The notes under the pieces were generated by a model. The model ran no database searches and was not told the DNA's origin. It saw only the letters and a program-made list of their open reading frames with translations. From Candidatus Aenigmatarchaeota archaeon (GTDB lineage Archaea > Aenigmatarchaeota > Aenigmatarchaeia > QMZP01 > JAFGSV01): DNA of 64,000 nucleotides. Made by a program: the position numbers and the translations under genes. The stretch spans positions 24,543 through 88,542 of the forward strand of contig JAFGFG010000009.1 in the NCBI GenBank assembly GCA_016931255.1, written 5' to 3'. Positions 1-9,452 of the stretch are shown here, piece by piece. Each line of letters opens with the position of its first letter. Position 1 is the stretch's first letter.

Positions 1-454
1 GAATATCGACGTCATAGTATTTTCTGTATCTCTTGATATCGCTTTTAAGACGCCTTCTTATGGCTTCTGCTGTCTCCTTTTCATCAGCGTATCGGCTTTC
101 ATTCCTCTTGGTGTTGCTCCTGACATCCTCATAAATTCTCTTTGCACCCACTTCAAATTCCACATCAAGAAAAACCTTGAATGAATGCGGGATGAGGAAG
201 AAACTCGTTCTTCCCTCGATTATGAAGTTGTCCTCTTTTTTCCCCAACTCTTTCTGAAAATCATCAACCTCTTTGTCTGTCCACGGTTCATTCTCCCCTA
301 TTTCATTCAGCTGGTCGAGGTTCATGCCTCTTTTCCTGGCAATCTCACGTCTCATCCCTCCCACGTAATACCGTTTCATGCTGAGTTTTCTGGAAATAAT
401 CTTCGCAACAGTGCTCTTTCCTGCACCTGGCATGCCTGAAATGCTTATTATCAT
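1..454 (-). CDS. cmk: cytidylate kinase (3' end runs off window)
   Basis: Manual translation from ATG at 454: MIISISGMPGAGKSTVAKIISRKL...FIIEGRTSFF...RRLKSDIKRYRKYY. P-loop NMP kinase of archaeal Cmk type; ATGA overlap with upstream stop. Confidence 0.85.
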   Translation of the reverse strand, partial: MIISISGMPGAGKSTVAKIISRKLSMKRYYVGGMRREIARKRGMNLDQLNEIGENEPWTDKEVDDFQKELGKKEDNFIIEGRTSFFLIPHSFKVFLDVEFEVGAKRIYEDVRSNTKRNESRYADEKETAEAIRRRLKSDIKRYRKYYDVDI

Positions 455-1323
455 CTTACCATGTCTCCAAGCTGGTCCAGAATATCGACAATCCTTTTTT
501 CCCTTTCGGGCTCTTCGAAGATTATCGTACCGGTTATACCATAAGATAATGCGGTTCTTATTAAATGCTCCAGCTTGAGGTCTGATCCTATGAAAGACAT
601 ATGTCCTAGCTCCCCGGACGGTCCGTACTTTATGCCCGAGAAGAAGAAGTAAGCATCACGCATCCATGCCTGGCCGATGCCCCTGTTGAGCTGGTCAACC
701 ACGCTCCTGAAGTTGTCCTGTGTTTTCAGGTATCCGGCACCTCTGGCATGTATATGCGCCCAGTTTATCACAGGCTCCGTGTTTGTGGTCCTTTTACATA
801 TCTCTATTACATCTTCAATACTTCCGAGTTCTCCTACCCTTCCTGTGTTCTCTATACCTATCTTCGCTTTCACCCTGAGCTCATTGACAATCTCATTTAT
901 CTTGTAAACAACGAGCTTAAGTGCCTGCTGCTGGGGCATTCTCGAATAGAAATTCGGATGTATTGCGAATGTCCTGCAGTCCATGACAGATGATATTGTC
1001 GAGAAGAGCCTGAGCTTGTTTTCAGGCATGTCCCCGAAGTCTGTCTGCCTGAGAGAGAGTTCTATGCCGAATTTCTTTGCAATATTCTTCAGTCTCAGGA
1101 GGTCGCCATAGTATTCCTTGTACAGTTCAGTCGTGTCCTGTATGTTCGCGAAAAGCTCCGGGGGGAGGACAAGCGCCCTGAAGCCGACCTTGTACAGTTC
1201 TCTCAATGCTTCAAGAGCCTGGTCTATTGTCTTTACAATAGGGATAGTGGAAACACCGTATGTCACCCCTATTTTCATTCCAAGCCTGTCCTGCATTTTC
1301 AGGGCTTTTTTTCGTATTAGCAT
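451..1323 (-). CDS. endonuclease IV-like TIM-barrel protein, several metal ligands degenerate
   Basis: HPNFY, IENTGRVGELGSIEDV, WAHIHARG, FSGIKYGPSGELGH and IIFEEP match archaeal EndoIV-family motifs. Confidence 0.7.
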   Translation of the reverse strand: MLIRKKALKMQDRLGMKIGVTYGVSTIPIVKTIDQALEALRELYKVGFRALVLPPELFANIQDTTELYKEYYGDLLRLKNIAKKFGIELSLRQTDFGDMPENKLRLFSTISSVMDCRTFAIHPNFYSRMPQQQALKLVVYKINEIVNELRVKAKIGIENTGRVGELGSIEDVIEICKRTTNTEPVINWAHIHARGAGYLKTQDNFRSVVDQLNRGIGQAWMRDAYFFFSGIKYGPSGELGHMSFIGSDLKLEHLIRTALSYGITGTIIFEEPEREKRIVDILDQLGDMVR

Positions 1324-1391
1324 AATATTATATTAACGGAACCAAAATATTAGAGAATCCCTTAACCTCGTTATTTTAAAGAAAATGACAC

Positions 1392-2156
1392 CTAAGCTGC
1401 TTGTGCAAGAACCTGTGGACGTAACAAAGAGCCGATATAACCGGAAGCTTCCTGTTTGTATCTCCTCATATTGTCTCTGAAACTTGTGATATTCGAATTT
1501 CCATAGTCCCTTCTGTACTTCTTCTGTTCTGTAATGTATGAGTTCGTTCCAGATTCTATATCAGCATTCGCCTCTATTATATCCCTCGCATCATCTCTTT
1601 CACTTGTCAGTTTCCTTATTGTGCCGCTGTAGTCCTGGTTGCTGTGGAATGTCTCGTGGTCAACTGTCTTCTGCAATTGCTCTTCGTTCATTCCTATGCA
1701 GTTTCCTGTAGCCAGTGACTTATCTATCACAAGCCTGCTTGTTTCCGGATTGTATGTGCCGTTCACTCCCATGAGCTTTTTCACGCCATTCTTTGTCTTT
1801 ACATACCAGCCCGGAAGGTCCTCAACTGCTATTTTCAGCTTTCCCCAGTGGAAAGGTATTGCTCCTTCCTTGTACCTGAAATAGTCCGTGAACTTGTCTA
1901 TTGCGCGGCTTATGTATTTTCCGACGAGCGATTTTGAGTTTCCAAGATATGTCGGCTCCGGGAGGTCGTCTTTCCCTATGAGACTATTTGACATTGAATC
2001 CGGAATTACATTGTATTTATCCCCAAGTTCTTTCAGTACAGACTTGTATGAATTCTCGTCTATATTCACCTCTAAGGCTCTCTTTGCAGGGCTTTCAACG
2101 AATTCAGGGCCTGCGTAAAGCTCTCTTTGCAGTCTTTCTAAAGGTGAATCTGCCAT
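1392..2156 (-). CDS. hypothetical protein with HExxH zincin-like motif
   Basis: VNGTYNP...TVDHETFHSNQ...IIEANAD; upstream GAGTGA RBS and TATA box. Confidence 0.6.
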   Translation of the reverse strand: MADSPLERLQRELYAGPEFVESPAKRALEVNIDENSYKSVLKELGDKYNVIPDSMSNSLIGKDDLPEPTYLGNSKSLVGKYISRAIDKFTDYFRYKEGAIPFHWGKLKIAVEDLPGWYVKTKNGVKKLMGVNGTYNPETSRLVIDKSLATGNCIGMNEEQLQKTVDHETFHSNQDYSGTIRKLTSERDDARDIIEANADIESGTNSYITEQKKYRRDYGNSNITSFRDNMRRYKQEASGYIGSLLRPQVLAQAA

Positions 2157-2207
2157 AATATCACTCGTTTATTAATGGTCACAAAACTTTAAAAGGAGAA
2201 AAAACGA

Positions 2208-2639
2208 TTAACCGGCGACTCTCTTCTGTTTCTTGGCGAATATCACGAGTTCGCCGAGCTTTTCCATCATCTTTGGCTCTGATGCGATTATATCAGAAGC
2301 AGTGACTATTCCAAGAAGCTTTTTCCCCTCGACTATGGGGAGCTTTTTGATTCCCTTTTCTGTCATTATCAGTGCACCTTCCTCAATGCTCTTTTCAGGG
2401 GTTGTGTGAACAACATCGCTTACCATTATGTCACTGACCTTGGTTTCATGCGGATTTTTACCCTTGCTTACAACCTTCCTTATTATGTCATCCTCTGTGA
2501 TTATGCCTGTAAGCTTTCCGTTGTCAACTACAACGAGATAGCCGATGTTCTCCTCTGTCATCCTTGCTGCAGCCTCTGTAACGCTTATACCGGCTTCGGT
2601 CTTCTCGATTTCCTTTTGCATTATTTCACCAAGCTGCAT
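2208..2639 (-). CDS. CBS-domain pair protein
   Basis: Start MQLGEIM after AGGTGA RBS; GIITEDDI and KLPIV..GIVTASDI CBS motifs. Confidence 0.9.
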   Translation of the reverse strand: MQLGEIMQKEIEKTEAGISVTEAAARMTEENIGYLVVVDNGKLTGIITEDDIIRKVVSKGKNPHETKVSDIMVSDVVHTTPEKSIEEGALIMTEKGIKKLPIVEGKKLLGIVTASDIIASEPKMMEKLGELVIFAKKQKRVAG

Positions 2640-2640
2640 A

Positions 2641-3225
2641 TTATTCACCTGATTTCTTCTCCCATCTTGGTACGAAAATCCTGTATTTGTCTTTGTCCTC
2701 AAGTTCCAGAAGTACTCGTCTGACTATGAGTTTCTCAGGATTGGGGAGTAGCGGAACCCTTTTCTTTATGCTGTCGAATGACTCGAATGCAGCCTTCTTG
2801 CGCTCTTCTATTATCCCCCATAAGTGCCTCTTGCCTACCCCCGGAAGCAGTTCAAGCTGATGAAGTCTTGTTGTCACAGGTCCTGACTTGTTGAAGAAAT
2901 TGAGGAATGTCTCTGGATTCTTGGTCACTATCTTTTCCACGATTTCTGTGACTTCGTCCCTTGCGACTGATGTCAGGTCTTTGTAGTTTATCCTTTTTCT
3001 GATGTATCTGACATCACTCCTCTTTCCATCTCCTATGTATACCCGGTCTTCGGTCTTGAAACTGGCATCTTCTCTTGTTATGACCTCCAGCAGGGAGAAA
3101 TATCTTTCTCCTATCACCTGGGCTACTGGCTCTGATCTCTGCATACCGGAGTGCCCCTTTGCGAGGTAGTCCAGCACCAGTGCCCATTCATCCTTTTTTA
3201 TAGGTTTGACTGTCATTTTTCTCAC
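2641..3225 (-). CDS. DUF655 family putative RNA-binding protein (HhH)
   Basis: VLDYL...QVIGERYFSLLE...RLHQLELLPGVGKRHLWGIIEER. Confidence 0.85.
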   Translation of the reverse strand: MRKMTVKPIKKDEWALVLDYLAKGHSGMQRSEPVAQVIGERYFSLLEVITREDASFKTEDRVYIGDGKRSDVRYIRKRINYKDLTSVARDEVTEIVEKIVTKNPETFLNFFNKSGPVTTRLHQLELLPGVGKRHLWGIIEERKKAAFESFDSIKKRVPLLPNPEKLIVRRVLLELEDKDKYRIFVPRWEKKSGE

Positions 3226-3313
3226 TTCCTATGATTACAATGAATCTATATTTTATATTAATTTAGTCGCTTGGTCCCAGAAAAATTTATAACTGCCCTC
3301 TACAATTAAAGAT

Positions 3314-3700
3314 ATGGCAACAAAAGCTAGCACAGTAAAGGCTCTCAAACCGGGGCATTACGTCATAATAGAGGACGAACCATGCAAGGTTCTGAGCATC
3401 TCCCTATCAAAGCCGGGAAAGCACGGGTCAACGAAGGCGCGTGTCGATGCCGTTGGCATATTCGACAACAAGAAAAGGAATTTACTCAAACCGGCAGACT
3501 CAGCTGTTCAGGTCCCGATAATCGAAAAGAAGAAAGCTCAGGTAATCTCAGTTTCAGGAGCATATGTCCAGCTCATGGACATGGAGGAATACAATACATT
3601 CGACGCATCAATACCTGAAGAGATGAAAGGAAAGCTTGAGTCAGGCCAGGAGATAAACTACTGGAAAATCGGTGAAAAGGTTCTTGTGAAGGAGTCCTGA
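3314..3700 (+). CDS. eif5a: translation factor aIF5A
   Basis: Hypusine motif SKPGKHGSTKAR. Confidence 0.97.
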   Translation: MATKASTVKALKPGHYVIIEDEPCKVLSISLSKPGKHGSTKARVDAVGIFDNKKRNLLKPADSAVQVPIIEKKKAQVISVSGAYVQLMDMEEYNTFDASIPEEMKGKLESGQEINYWKIGEKVLVKES

Positions 3701-3788
3701 AAAGAGGATTTCCCATATACTGATGTGGAGTAATATAGAACTAATCCATCTGTTGGATTTTTAAGCTTTTTATGACAAACGAATATTC

Positions 3789-3878
3789 ATGAAAAATCTT
3801 TGGTACGACGAAGAGGACGAAGAGGCTGACGAAGACTCGGATGAAGATAGCGAAGATGTAGAAGAAGACGATTGGTAA
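3789..3878 (+). CDS. putative 29-aa hyper-acidic microprotein
   Basis: Manual ORF MKNLWYDEEDEEADEDSDEDSEDVEEDDW*, GAR/GAY codon-rich, downstream of a TTTTTAAG box. Confidence 0.5.
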   Translation: MKNLWYDEEDEEADEDSDEDSEDVEEDDW

Positions 3879-3949
3879 ATGATTCTTCCTTCTCCGGTCA
3901 ACACTTTTTGATAGGTTTATTTCGCTGTAATTTAAGAAAAATCAGGAAT

Positions 3950-4738
3950 TCACTGTGAATTCCACATGTTATTGAACATGTGCTCAAGCGCTCCTGCTGA
4001 GACATGCTTTGAAGCTGCCCAGAAAGCGACATCCTGCGTGTGGTGCACTTCTGCTGTGTCTGTCAGTGCCATCATGAAGTGCTCCCCGTCTACTGTGAAT
4101 ATCCTTCCCATTGAAGCCGGAAGCGGCTTGACCTCAGCGATTGACGAGAGTGTCTTGGCTGTCTTTGTTTCAGCATTCGGTGTAAGAATCCTTATCTTTG
4201 CACCAGACTTCTTTGCATTCTTCAGTGAGTTGTGATGCTTGTCATGGATTTCGGCGAGGCCTTCGTCAGTTGTGATTATGTTTATGCTACTTCTGGCGCC
4301 CTTGAAAAGTGATTTCATCTGCTGGTTGATCGAGAAACTGCCTTTCAGTGTTCCTGCGAGGTCAGAAGCCTGAATCATTGAGAATCCCTTGTTGTATATT
4401 TCCTCAAGCTCTGTCATCACGCTGGATCCGGTCATCTTTTCCATCCTGTCTATTGTGTCCGTATGCTTTCGGTGGAGGTTATCCTTTGCCCTTTCAATCG
4501 CATCCTTCGGTGCAAGTGAAACATACTTTATGGGCTTGGATGACTGCGCAACTACGAATCCCTTGTCAGCAAGTGACTCAAGAACATCATAAGAACGGGA
4601 CCTCGGAACCTTTGCAATCTCAGAAACCTCACCGGCTGTTGCAACACCCTTGGCTATGAGTGCCACATAAATCTTTCTCTCGTAAAGATTAAGGCCGATG
4701 TTCTTCAGTGCATCGAGTATTTCCTGCGATCCCAACAT
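3950..4738 (-). CDS. TrmB family transcriptional regulator
   Basis: GLNLYERKIYVAL...VPRSRSYDVLESLADKGFV wHTH plus C-terminal effector-type domain. Confidence 0.92.
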   Translation of the reverse strand: MLGSQEILDALKNIGLNLYERKIYVALIAKGVATAGEVSEIAKVPRSRSYDVLESLADKGFVVAQSSKPIKYVSLAPKDAIERAKDNLHRKHTDTIDRMEKMTGSSVMTELEEIYNKGFSMIQASDLAGTLKGSFSINQQMKSLFKGARSSINIITTDEGLAEIHDKHHNSLKNAKKSGAKIRILTPNAETKTAKTLSSIAEVKPLPASMGRIFTVDGEHFMMALTDTAEVHHTQDVAFWAASKHVSAGALEHMFNNMWNSQ

Positions 4739-4798
4739 ATTATCTCCATTTGTTACTGCTTACTAATTAACATTTATATTTTTAAATGTTTTTCCGAA

Positions 4799-4822
4799 CA
4801 CAGTAGTCACAAAACCACTGTG
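4799..4822. promoter_or_regulatory. imperfect palindrome, candidate operator upstream of the TrmB gene
   Basis: CACAGTAGT-N6-ACCACTGTG (8/9 complementary) in the trmB/hisS divergent intergenic region. Confidence 0.4.
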
Positions 4823-4937
4823 CTGAATATGAAATATGTTAGTAAGTTATTTAAAGATATTGTCACTTCTTAGTAGTCTAAAAATACGAGCCATATTTCT
4901 TTATACATGTTACAGAAATAATTAACAGGTAAGAGTT

Positions 4938-6167
4938 ATGTCAAAGTTCCAGCCGCCACGAGGCACAAGAGACTTCCTTCCGGATGATATGGTCAGGAGA
5001 AGGGATGTTTTCGAAAAGATAATGGATATCTTCAGGAGGTACGGCTATGGCGAGGTGTGGACGCCCGCATTCGAGGACTTCGAGCTTCTGTCAAAGAAGT
5101 CAGGACCTGAGATTGAGGAAGAGATATATTCATTCAAGGACAAATCCGGCAGGAAACTGGGACTGAAATTCGATCCCACAGTTCCCATATGCAGGATAGT
5201 CGCATCGAACCCGTCGCTCCAGAAGCCTGCAAGGTTCTGCTACATAACAAACATGTGGCGCTATGACCGTCCCGGCGCCGGCCGCTGGAGGGAGTTCTGG
5301 CAGTCAGGCGTTGAGCTCATAGGCCCAATGACACCGGAAGCTGATGCAGAGATGCTCGCGCTTGTAAGCGATTCCCTGAAAGCCATCGGCGCGAAAGGAT
5401 TCTACTTCAGGATAAGCTCAAGAAAGATAGTGGATGCATTCGTCAGGGAGGCGGGAATACCTGAGAAAAGTACAGCTGATGTATTCAGGGCCATAGACAA
5501 GCTTGACAAGATAGGCGAAAGCGGCGTCATGGCTGAGATGAAATCACGCGGAATAAAGCCTTCGCAGGCTGACGCTTTCATGGATTTGATAAAAAGCGGG
5601 AAGTCCGGCGGGCCTGAGCTTGATGAATTGAAATCCATACAGGCTACAGCCAAGAGGATGGGCGTGCCGAATGTCGAGATAGACCTGAGCATCGTGCGCG
5701 GCATTGATTATTATACAGGGTTTGTTTTCGAGACAATGGTTAAGGGGTTTGAAAAACTGGGCTCTGTTGCTTCAGGCGGGCGCTACGACAAGCTCATTGG
5801 AATATACAGCGGGAATGATGTGCCTGCAACAGGATACGGTATGGGCATAGACCGCCTGCTTGAGATAATACCAGAGAAGGAAGCAGAGCCGCCTGTCACA
5901 GTATTCGTTGTGCCTGTTAAAGACGAAGTCAAAAATGATGCCATTGCGATAACCCAGGTACTGAGGGGCAGGGGAGTGAGCACTGAGACAGAGATGATGG
6001 GAAGGAACATACGAAAGCAGCTCGAATATATATCCAAGAGGGGCATACCTTTCGCAATCATAGTGGGGCCGAGCGAGGTCAGCGCAAAGAAGTACACACT
6101 CAGGGACATGAAGACCGGCAAGGAAACGAAGCTTTCATTGGATTCCATAATCAGGAAACTTGCTTAA
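4938..6167 (+). CDS. hisS: histidyl-tRNA synthetase
   Basis: PRGTRDF, WRYDRP..GRWREFWQ, RGIDYYTG, GGRYD. Confidence 0.97.
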   Translation: MSKFQPPRGTRDFLPDDMVRRRDVFEKIMDIFRRYGYGEVWTPAFEDFELLSKKSGPEIEEEIYSFKDKSGRKLGLKFDPTVPICRIVASNPSLQKPARFCYITNMWRYDRPGAGRWREFWQSGVELIGPMTPEADAEMLALVSDSLKAIGAKGFYFRISSRKIVDAFVREAGIPEKSTADVFRAIDKLDKIGESGVMAEMKSRGIKPSQADAFMDLIKSGKSGGPELDELKSIQATAKRMGVPNVEIDLSIVRGIDYYTGFVFETMVKGFEKLGSVASGGRYDKLIGIYSGNDVPATGYGMGIDRLLEIIPEKEAEPPVTVFVVPVKDEVKNDAIAITQVLRGRGVSTETEMMGRNIRKQLEYISKRGIPFAIIVGPSEVSAKKYTLRDMKTGKETKLSLDSIIRKLA

Positions 6168-6740
6168 CTATTTTCTGAAGAACGAAAGATAAGCCGTATG
6201 CATGAGACCTTTCGTTTCGGGCCTGGTGCCTGTTTCCTTAACTGCCATCTCCCTGACTATGCATTCAATAGACTGCTCGTGCTTCAGACCCTTTTCAATG
6301 CACAGCAGGACGAATTTCCTCATCTGCTCCACTGTAGGGAGATACGAGACCAGATACCCGCCTTTCTTCAGCGCACTGCAGACATGGTCAATTGCATGCC
6401 AGGGCTCCGGCATGTCCAGCGTGATTACGTCCACGTCCTTCTCATCAATGCCTTTGAATATGTCGCGATTTTTCACTTCCACATACTTCTCAAATCCTGC
6501 TTTCTTTACGTTCCTTGCGGCAATCTTCGAAAAATCCTCGCGCAACTCGTAGGAGAAAACCTTTCCTTCGGGTTTCACCTGATTCGCAAGGAAGATTGAA
6601 AGAAATCCTGAACCCGCTCCTGCGTCAACAACCATGTCGCCTGACGTGAGTCCTGTAAATGCGGCTATCATCCCCGCATCCTTGAGAGTTATAATCTGCG
6701 GCCCCCTCGCAAGCTTCCTGAATAGTTCCGGTATTCTCAT
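6168..6740 (-). CDS. trmI: tRNA (adenine-57/58-N1)-methyltransferase
   Basis: PQIITLKD, DAGAGSG, LDMPEPW, YLPTVEQ, HTAYL; likely start MRIPELF at 6740. Confidence 0.9.
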   Translation of the reverse strand: MRIPELFRKLARGPQIITLKDAGMIAAFTGLTSGDMVVDAGAGSGFLSIFLANQVKPEGKVFSYELREDFSKIAARNVKKAGFEKYVEVKNRDIFKGIDEKDVDVITLDMPEPWHAIDHVCSALKKGGYLVSYLPTVEQMRKFVLLCIEKGLKHEQSIECIVREMAVKETGTRPETKGLMHTAYLSFFRK

Positions 6741-6820
6741 AAGTAAACCTCTAACCAACTGTTTTAAAAACAATACATTTATTAACATTACCCAGTATAA
6801 TTACAGATGCGTGGTTGCCC

Positions 6821-7117
6821 ATGAAATATCCGAAAAACAAGAACACATACTGCCCGAAATGCAAGAAGCATACTGAGCACACAGTCAGCATAAGCAGCAG
6901 GAAAGGGAGAGGAAAGGCACACCCGTTGTCAGAGGCTCAGAGGAGATTCAAGGAAAAGCTCAAGGGATACACTTCATTCCCAAGACCAAATCCGAAAGGT
7001 GACGGAAAGCCCACGAAAAAGCTGGACCTAAGGTTTAAATGCAAGGAATGCAGCAAGAGCCATACGAAGAGCAGCGGCAGCTTCAGGGCAAAAAAATTCG
7101 AATTTAAGGGGAAATGA
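6821..7117 (+). CDS. rpl44e: 50S ribosomal protein L44e
   Basis: [12 protein letters not shown]...[15 protein letters not shown]. Confidence 0.95.
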   Translation: MKYPKNKNTYCPKCKKHTEHTVSISSRKGRGKAHPLSEAQRRFKEKLKGYTSFPRPNPKGDGKPTKKLDLRFKCKECSKSHTKSSGSFRAKKFEFKGK

Positions 7118-7118
7118 T

Positions 7119-7286
7119 ATGACTGGAGATTTTCTTAAGGTAAAGTGCAAGGACTGCAAGAATGAGCAGGTAATATTCTCAAAGCCCGCAGGCGAGGTAA
7201 AGTGCCTTGTATGCGGCTCTGTACTCGCGAAGAATACAGGCGGACGGGCTGAGATAACAGGCAACATCATAAAGAACGTTGAATAA
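7119..7286 (+). CDS. rps27e: 30S ribosomal protein S27e
   Basis: Manual ORF MTGDFLKVKCKDCKNEQVIFSKPAGEVKCLVCGSVLAKNTGGRA...; conserved L44e-S27e-aIF2a order. Confidence 0.95.
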   Translation: MTGDFLKVKCKDCKNEQVIFSKPAGEVKCLVCGSVLAKNTGGRAEITGNIIKNVE

Positions 7287-7336
7287 AGAAACGCTTCCGG
7301 GAGCTTTTTAAATATCTCTCTTCTCTATGTTATCGT

Positions 7337-8101
7337 ATGAGAAAGCGAGGTCTGCCGGAAAGGGGTGAGATGGTTGTCTGCGAGATAACCAAGATAAATC
7401 CCAATTCCGTTTATGCGAAGCTTCTTGAATATGACAGAAGCGGAATGATACACGTCTCGGAGATAGCCAAGCGATGGGTCAAGGACATCCGTGAGTTCGT
7501 AAAGCTCAGGCAGCTCGTTGTGTGCAGTGTCGGCCGCGCTGATGAGAATGATATTTCTCTTTCACTGAAAAGGGTGAACAAGAATCAGGGAGACAGGAAA
7601 CTCCAGGAATACAAGAAGGAGATGAATGCTGAGAAGTTCCTTGAGCAGATAGCCAAGCAGCTGGGAAAGACACTCGAGGAAGCATTCGAGGAAGTCGGTT
7701 ATGACCTTGAGGAGAAGTTCGGTTCAGTAAACAAGTCCTTCGAAACAGCCCTGAGGAATCCCAACCTTCTCGCAGAGAAGGGGATAAACAAGGAATGGGC
7801 GGACGCCATCACCGAAATGGCCAAGAAGAATTATGTTGAGAAGACTTACGAGGTGAAGTCCAAACTCAATCTCGTCAGTTATGCTGAGAACGGCATGGAA
7901 GTTATCAAGGGCGCACTCATGAAGGCTGCGGAAAATGGGCTTGATGTAAGGTACATATCCGCACCCAAATACCAGATCACCGGAACCGGCAAAAACATAA
8001 AGGAAGTCAAGGAGCTTGTCGAAAACGTAAGCAGGGAAGTGGTCGGGAAAGTAGAAAAGTCCGGAGGGGAGTGTAGCTTCGTCCTTGAGGGGAAGAACTG
8101 A
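7337..8101 (+). CDS. eif2a: translation initiation factor 2 alpha subunit
   Basis: S1 domain LPERGEMVV...GMIHVSEI...ISLSLKRV; YISAPKY. Confidence 0.95.
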   Translation: MRKRGLPERGEMVVCEITKINPNSVYAKLLEYDRSGMIHVSEIAKRWVKDIREFVKLRQLVVCSVGRADENDISLSLKRVNKNQGDRKLQEYKKEMNAEKFLEQIAKQLGKTLEEAFEEVGYDLEEKFGSVNKSFETALRNPNLLAEKGINKEWADAITEMAKKNYVEKTYEVKSKLNLVSYAENGMEVIKGALMKAAENGLDVRYISAPKYQITGTGKNIKEVKELVENVSREVVGKVEKSGGECSFVLEGKN

Positions 8102-8120
8102 ATTCTCCACAGGTGGTACC

Positions 8121-9452
8121 ATGGTTCTCGATACATTCGGAGACTCGATAAAGAAGATTTTCAGTAAAGTTACTGGTTACTCTTTAGTAGACAAGGAAAA
8201 GGTCGATGCGCTTGTCATAGAGCTGCAGAGAGCGCTGATACAGGCTGATGTTGACATAGAGTTGATAGCAGAGCTTTCCGGAAGGATAAAGAACAACGTT
8301 CTCAAGAAAGATCTTCCCAAGGGCATGAGCATGAAGGAGGTCCTTGTCAAGAACCTATATGATGAACTGGTGTGGTTCCTCGGAGAAAAGAGCAATGGTC
8401 TTGAGCTGAAGAAGCAGCGCATACTTCTCATAGGGCTTTTCGGTGCCGGAAAAACAACTGCAGCCGGAAAGCTTGCGAAATGGTTCCAGACACGCGGTCT
8501 TCAGGCAGGTCTTGTTGCATGCGATGTTCACAGGCCCGCAGCCCAGGACCAGCTTGAGCAGAACGCAAAAAGGATAAACGCGCCTGTCTACAGGGACGGC
8601 AAGGGCGCAGACGGCGTGGCAAAGGAAGCTGTCAAAAAGTCAAAGGAACATGTGATGATTTTCGACTCTGCGGGGCGTGATGCGCTTGACGGTGAACTCG
8701 CAAAGGAACTGAAGGCCCTGAGCAAGACGGTTAACCCCGACGAGGTCTTCCTTGTCATACCCGCTGAGCTTGGACAGGCCGCGCGGACGCAGGCATCCGA
8801 ATTCTCAAAGCTTGTTGGCATAACAGGCATAATAATAACAAAAATGGACGGCACTGCAAAGGGCGGTGCCGCGCTGGCTGCATGCAGGGCAGCGGGTACG
8901 AGCGTCCGTTTCATTGGAACAGGCGAGAAGATAGGCGACCTTGAAGTCTACGACCCGAAGCGTTTCATCGGAAGGCTAATCGGATACGGCGACATTGAAG
9001 GACTCATGGAAAAGGCAAAAGAAGCAGGCATGAGCGAGGATGTCGCAAAGAGGATAATGGACGGGAAGTTCACAATGAGGGATTTTCAGGAGCAGATAAA
9101 GTCAATGAAAGGAATGGGTTCCATGACCAAGATGCTCGATATGCTTCCCGGCGGTTCCTCTGCATTGAAGAAGAAGCTTCCTGATGGTTTCCTCAGCAAT
9201 CAAGAAGAAAAAATGAAGAAATGGGAATTTGCTATAAATTCCATGACACCCCATGAGAGGGAGAATCCCGAAGACATAACCTCCAGCCGCATAAAAAGGA
9301 TAGCTTCAGGATCGGGCATGAGGGAGGACGAGGTCAGGCATATGATGAAGTCTTACAAGCAGATAAAGAAAGTGATGAAGATGACGAAGGGCGGGAAGGC
9401 ATTCAAGCGCGGCCCGTTCGCGAATATAGCGAAGCAGTTTGGGATGGGATGA
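8121..9452 (+). CDS. srp54: signal recognition particle protein SRP54
   Basis: ALIQADV, GAGKTT, DSAGR, TKMDGTAKGG and Met-rich M domain (SRIKRIASGSG). Confidence 0.96.
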   Translation: MVLDTFGDSIKKIFSKVTGYSLVDKEKVDALVIELQRALIQADVDIELIAELSGRIKNNVLKKDLPKGMSMKEVLVKNLYDELVWFLGEKSNGLELKKQRILLIGLFGAGKTTAAGKLAKWFQTRGLQAGLVACDVHRPAAQDQLEQNAKRINAPVYRDGKGADGVAKEAVKKSKEHVMIFDSAGRDALDGELAKELKALSKTVNPDEVFLVIPAELGQAARTQASEFSKLVGITGIIITKMDGTAKGGAALAACRAAGTSVRFIGTGEKIGDLEVYDPKRFIGRLIGYGDIEGLMEKAKEAGMSEDVAKRIMDGKFTMRDFQEQIKSMKGMGSMTKMLDMLPGGSSALKKKLPDGFLSNQEEKMKKWEFAINSMTPHERENPEDITSSRIKRIASGSGMREDEVRHMMKSYKQIKKVMKMTKGGKAFKRGPFANIAKQFGMG

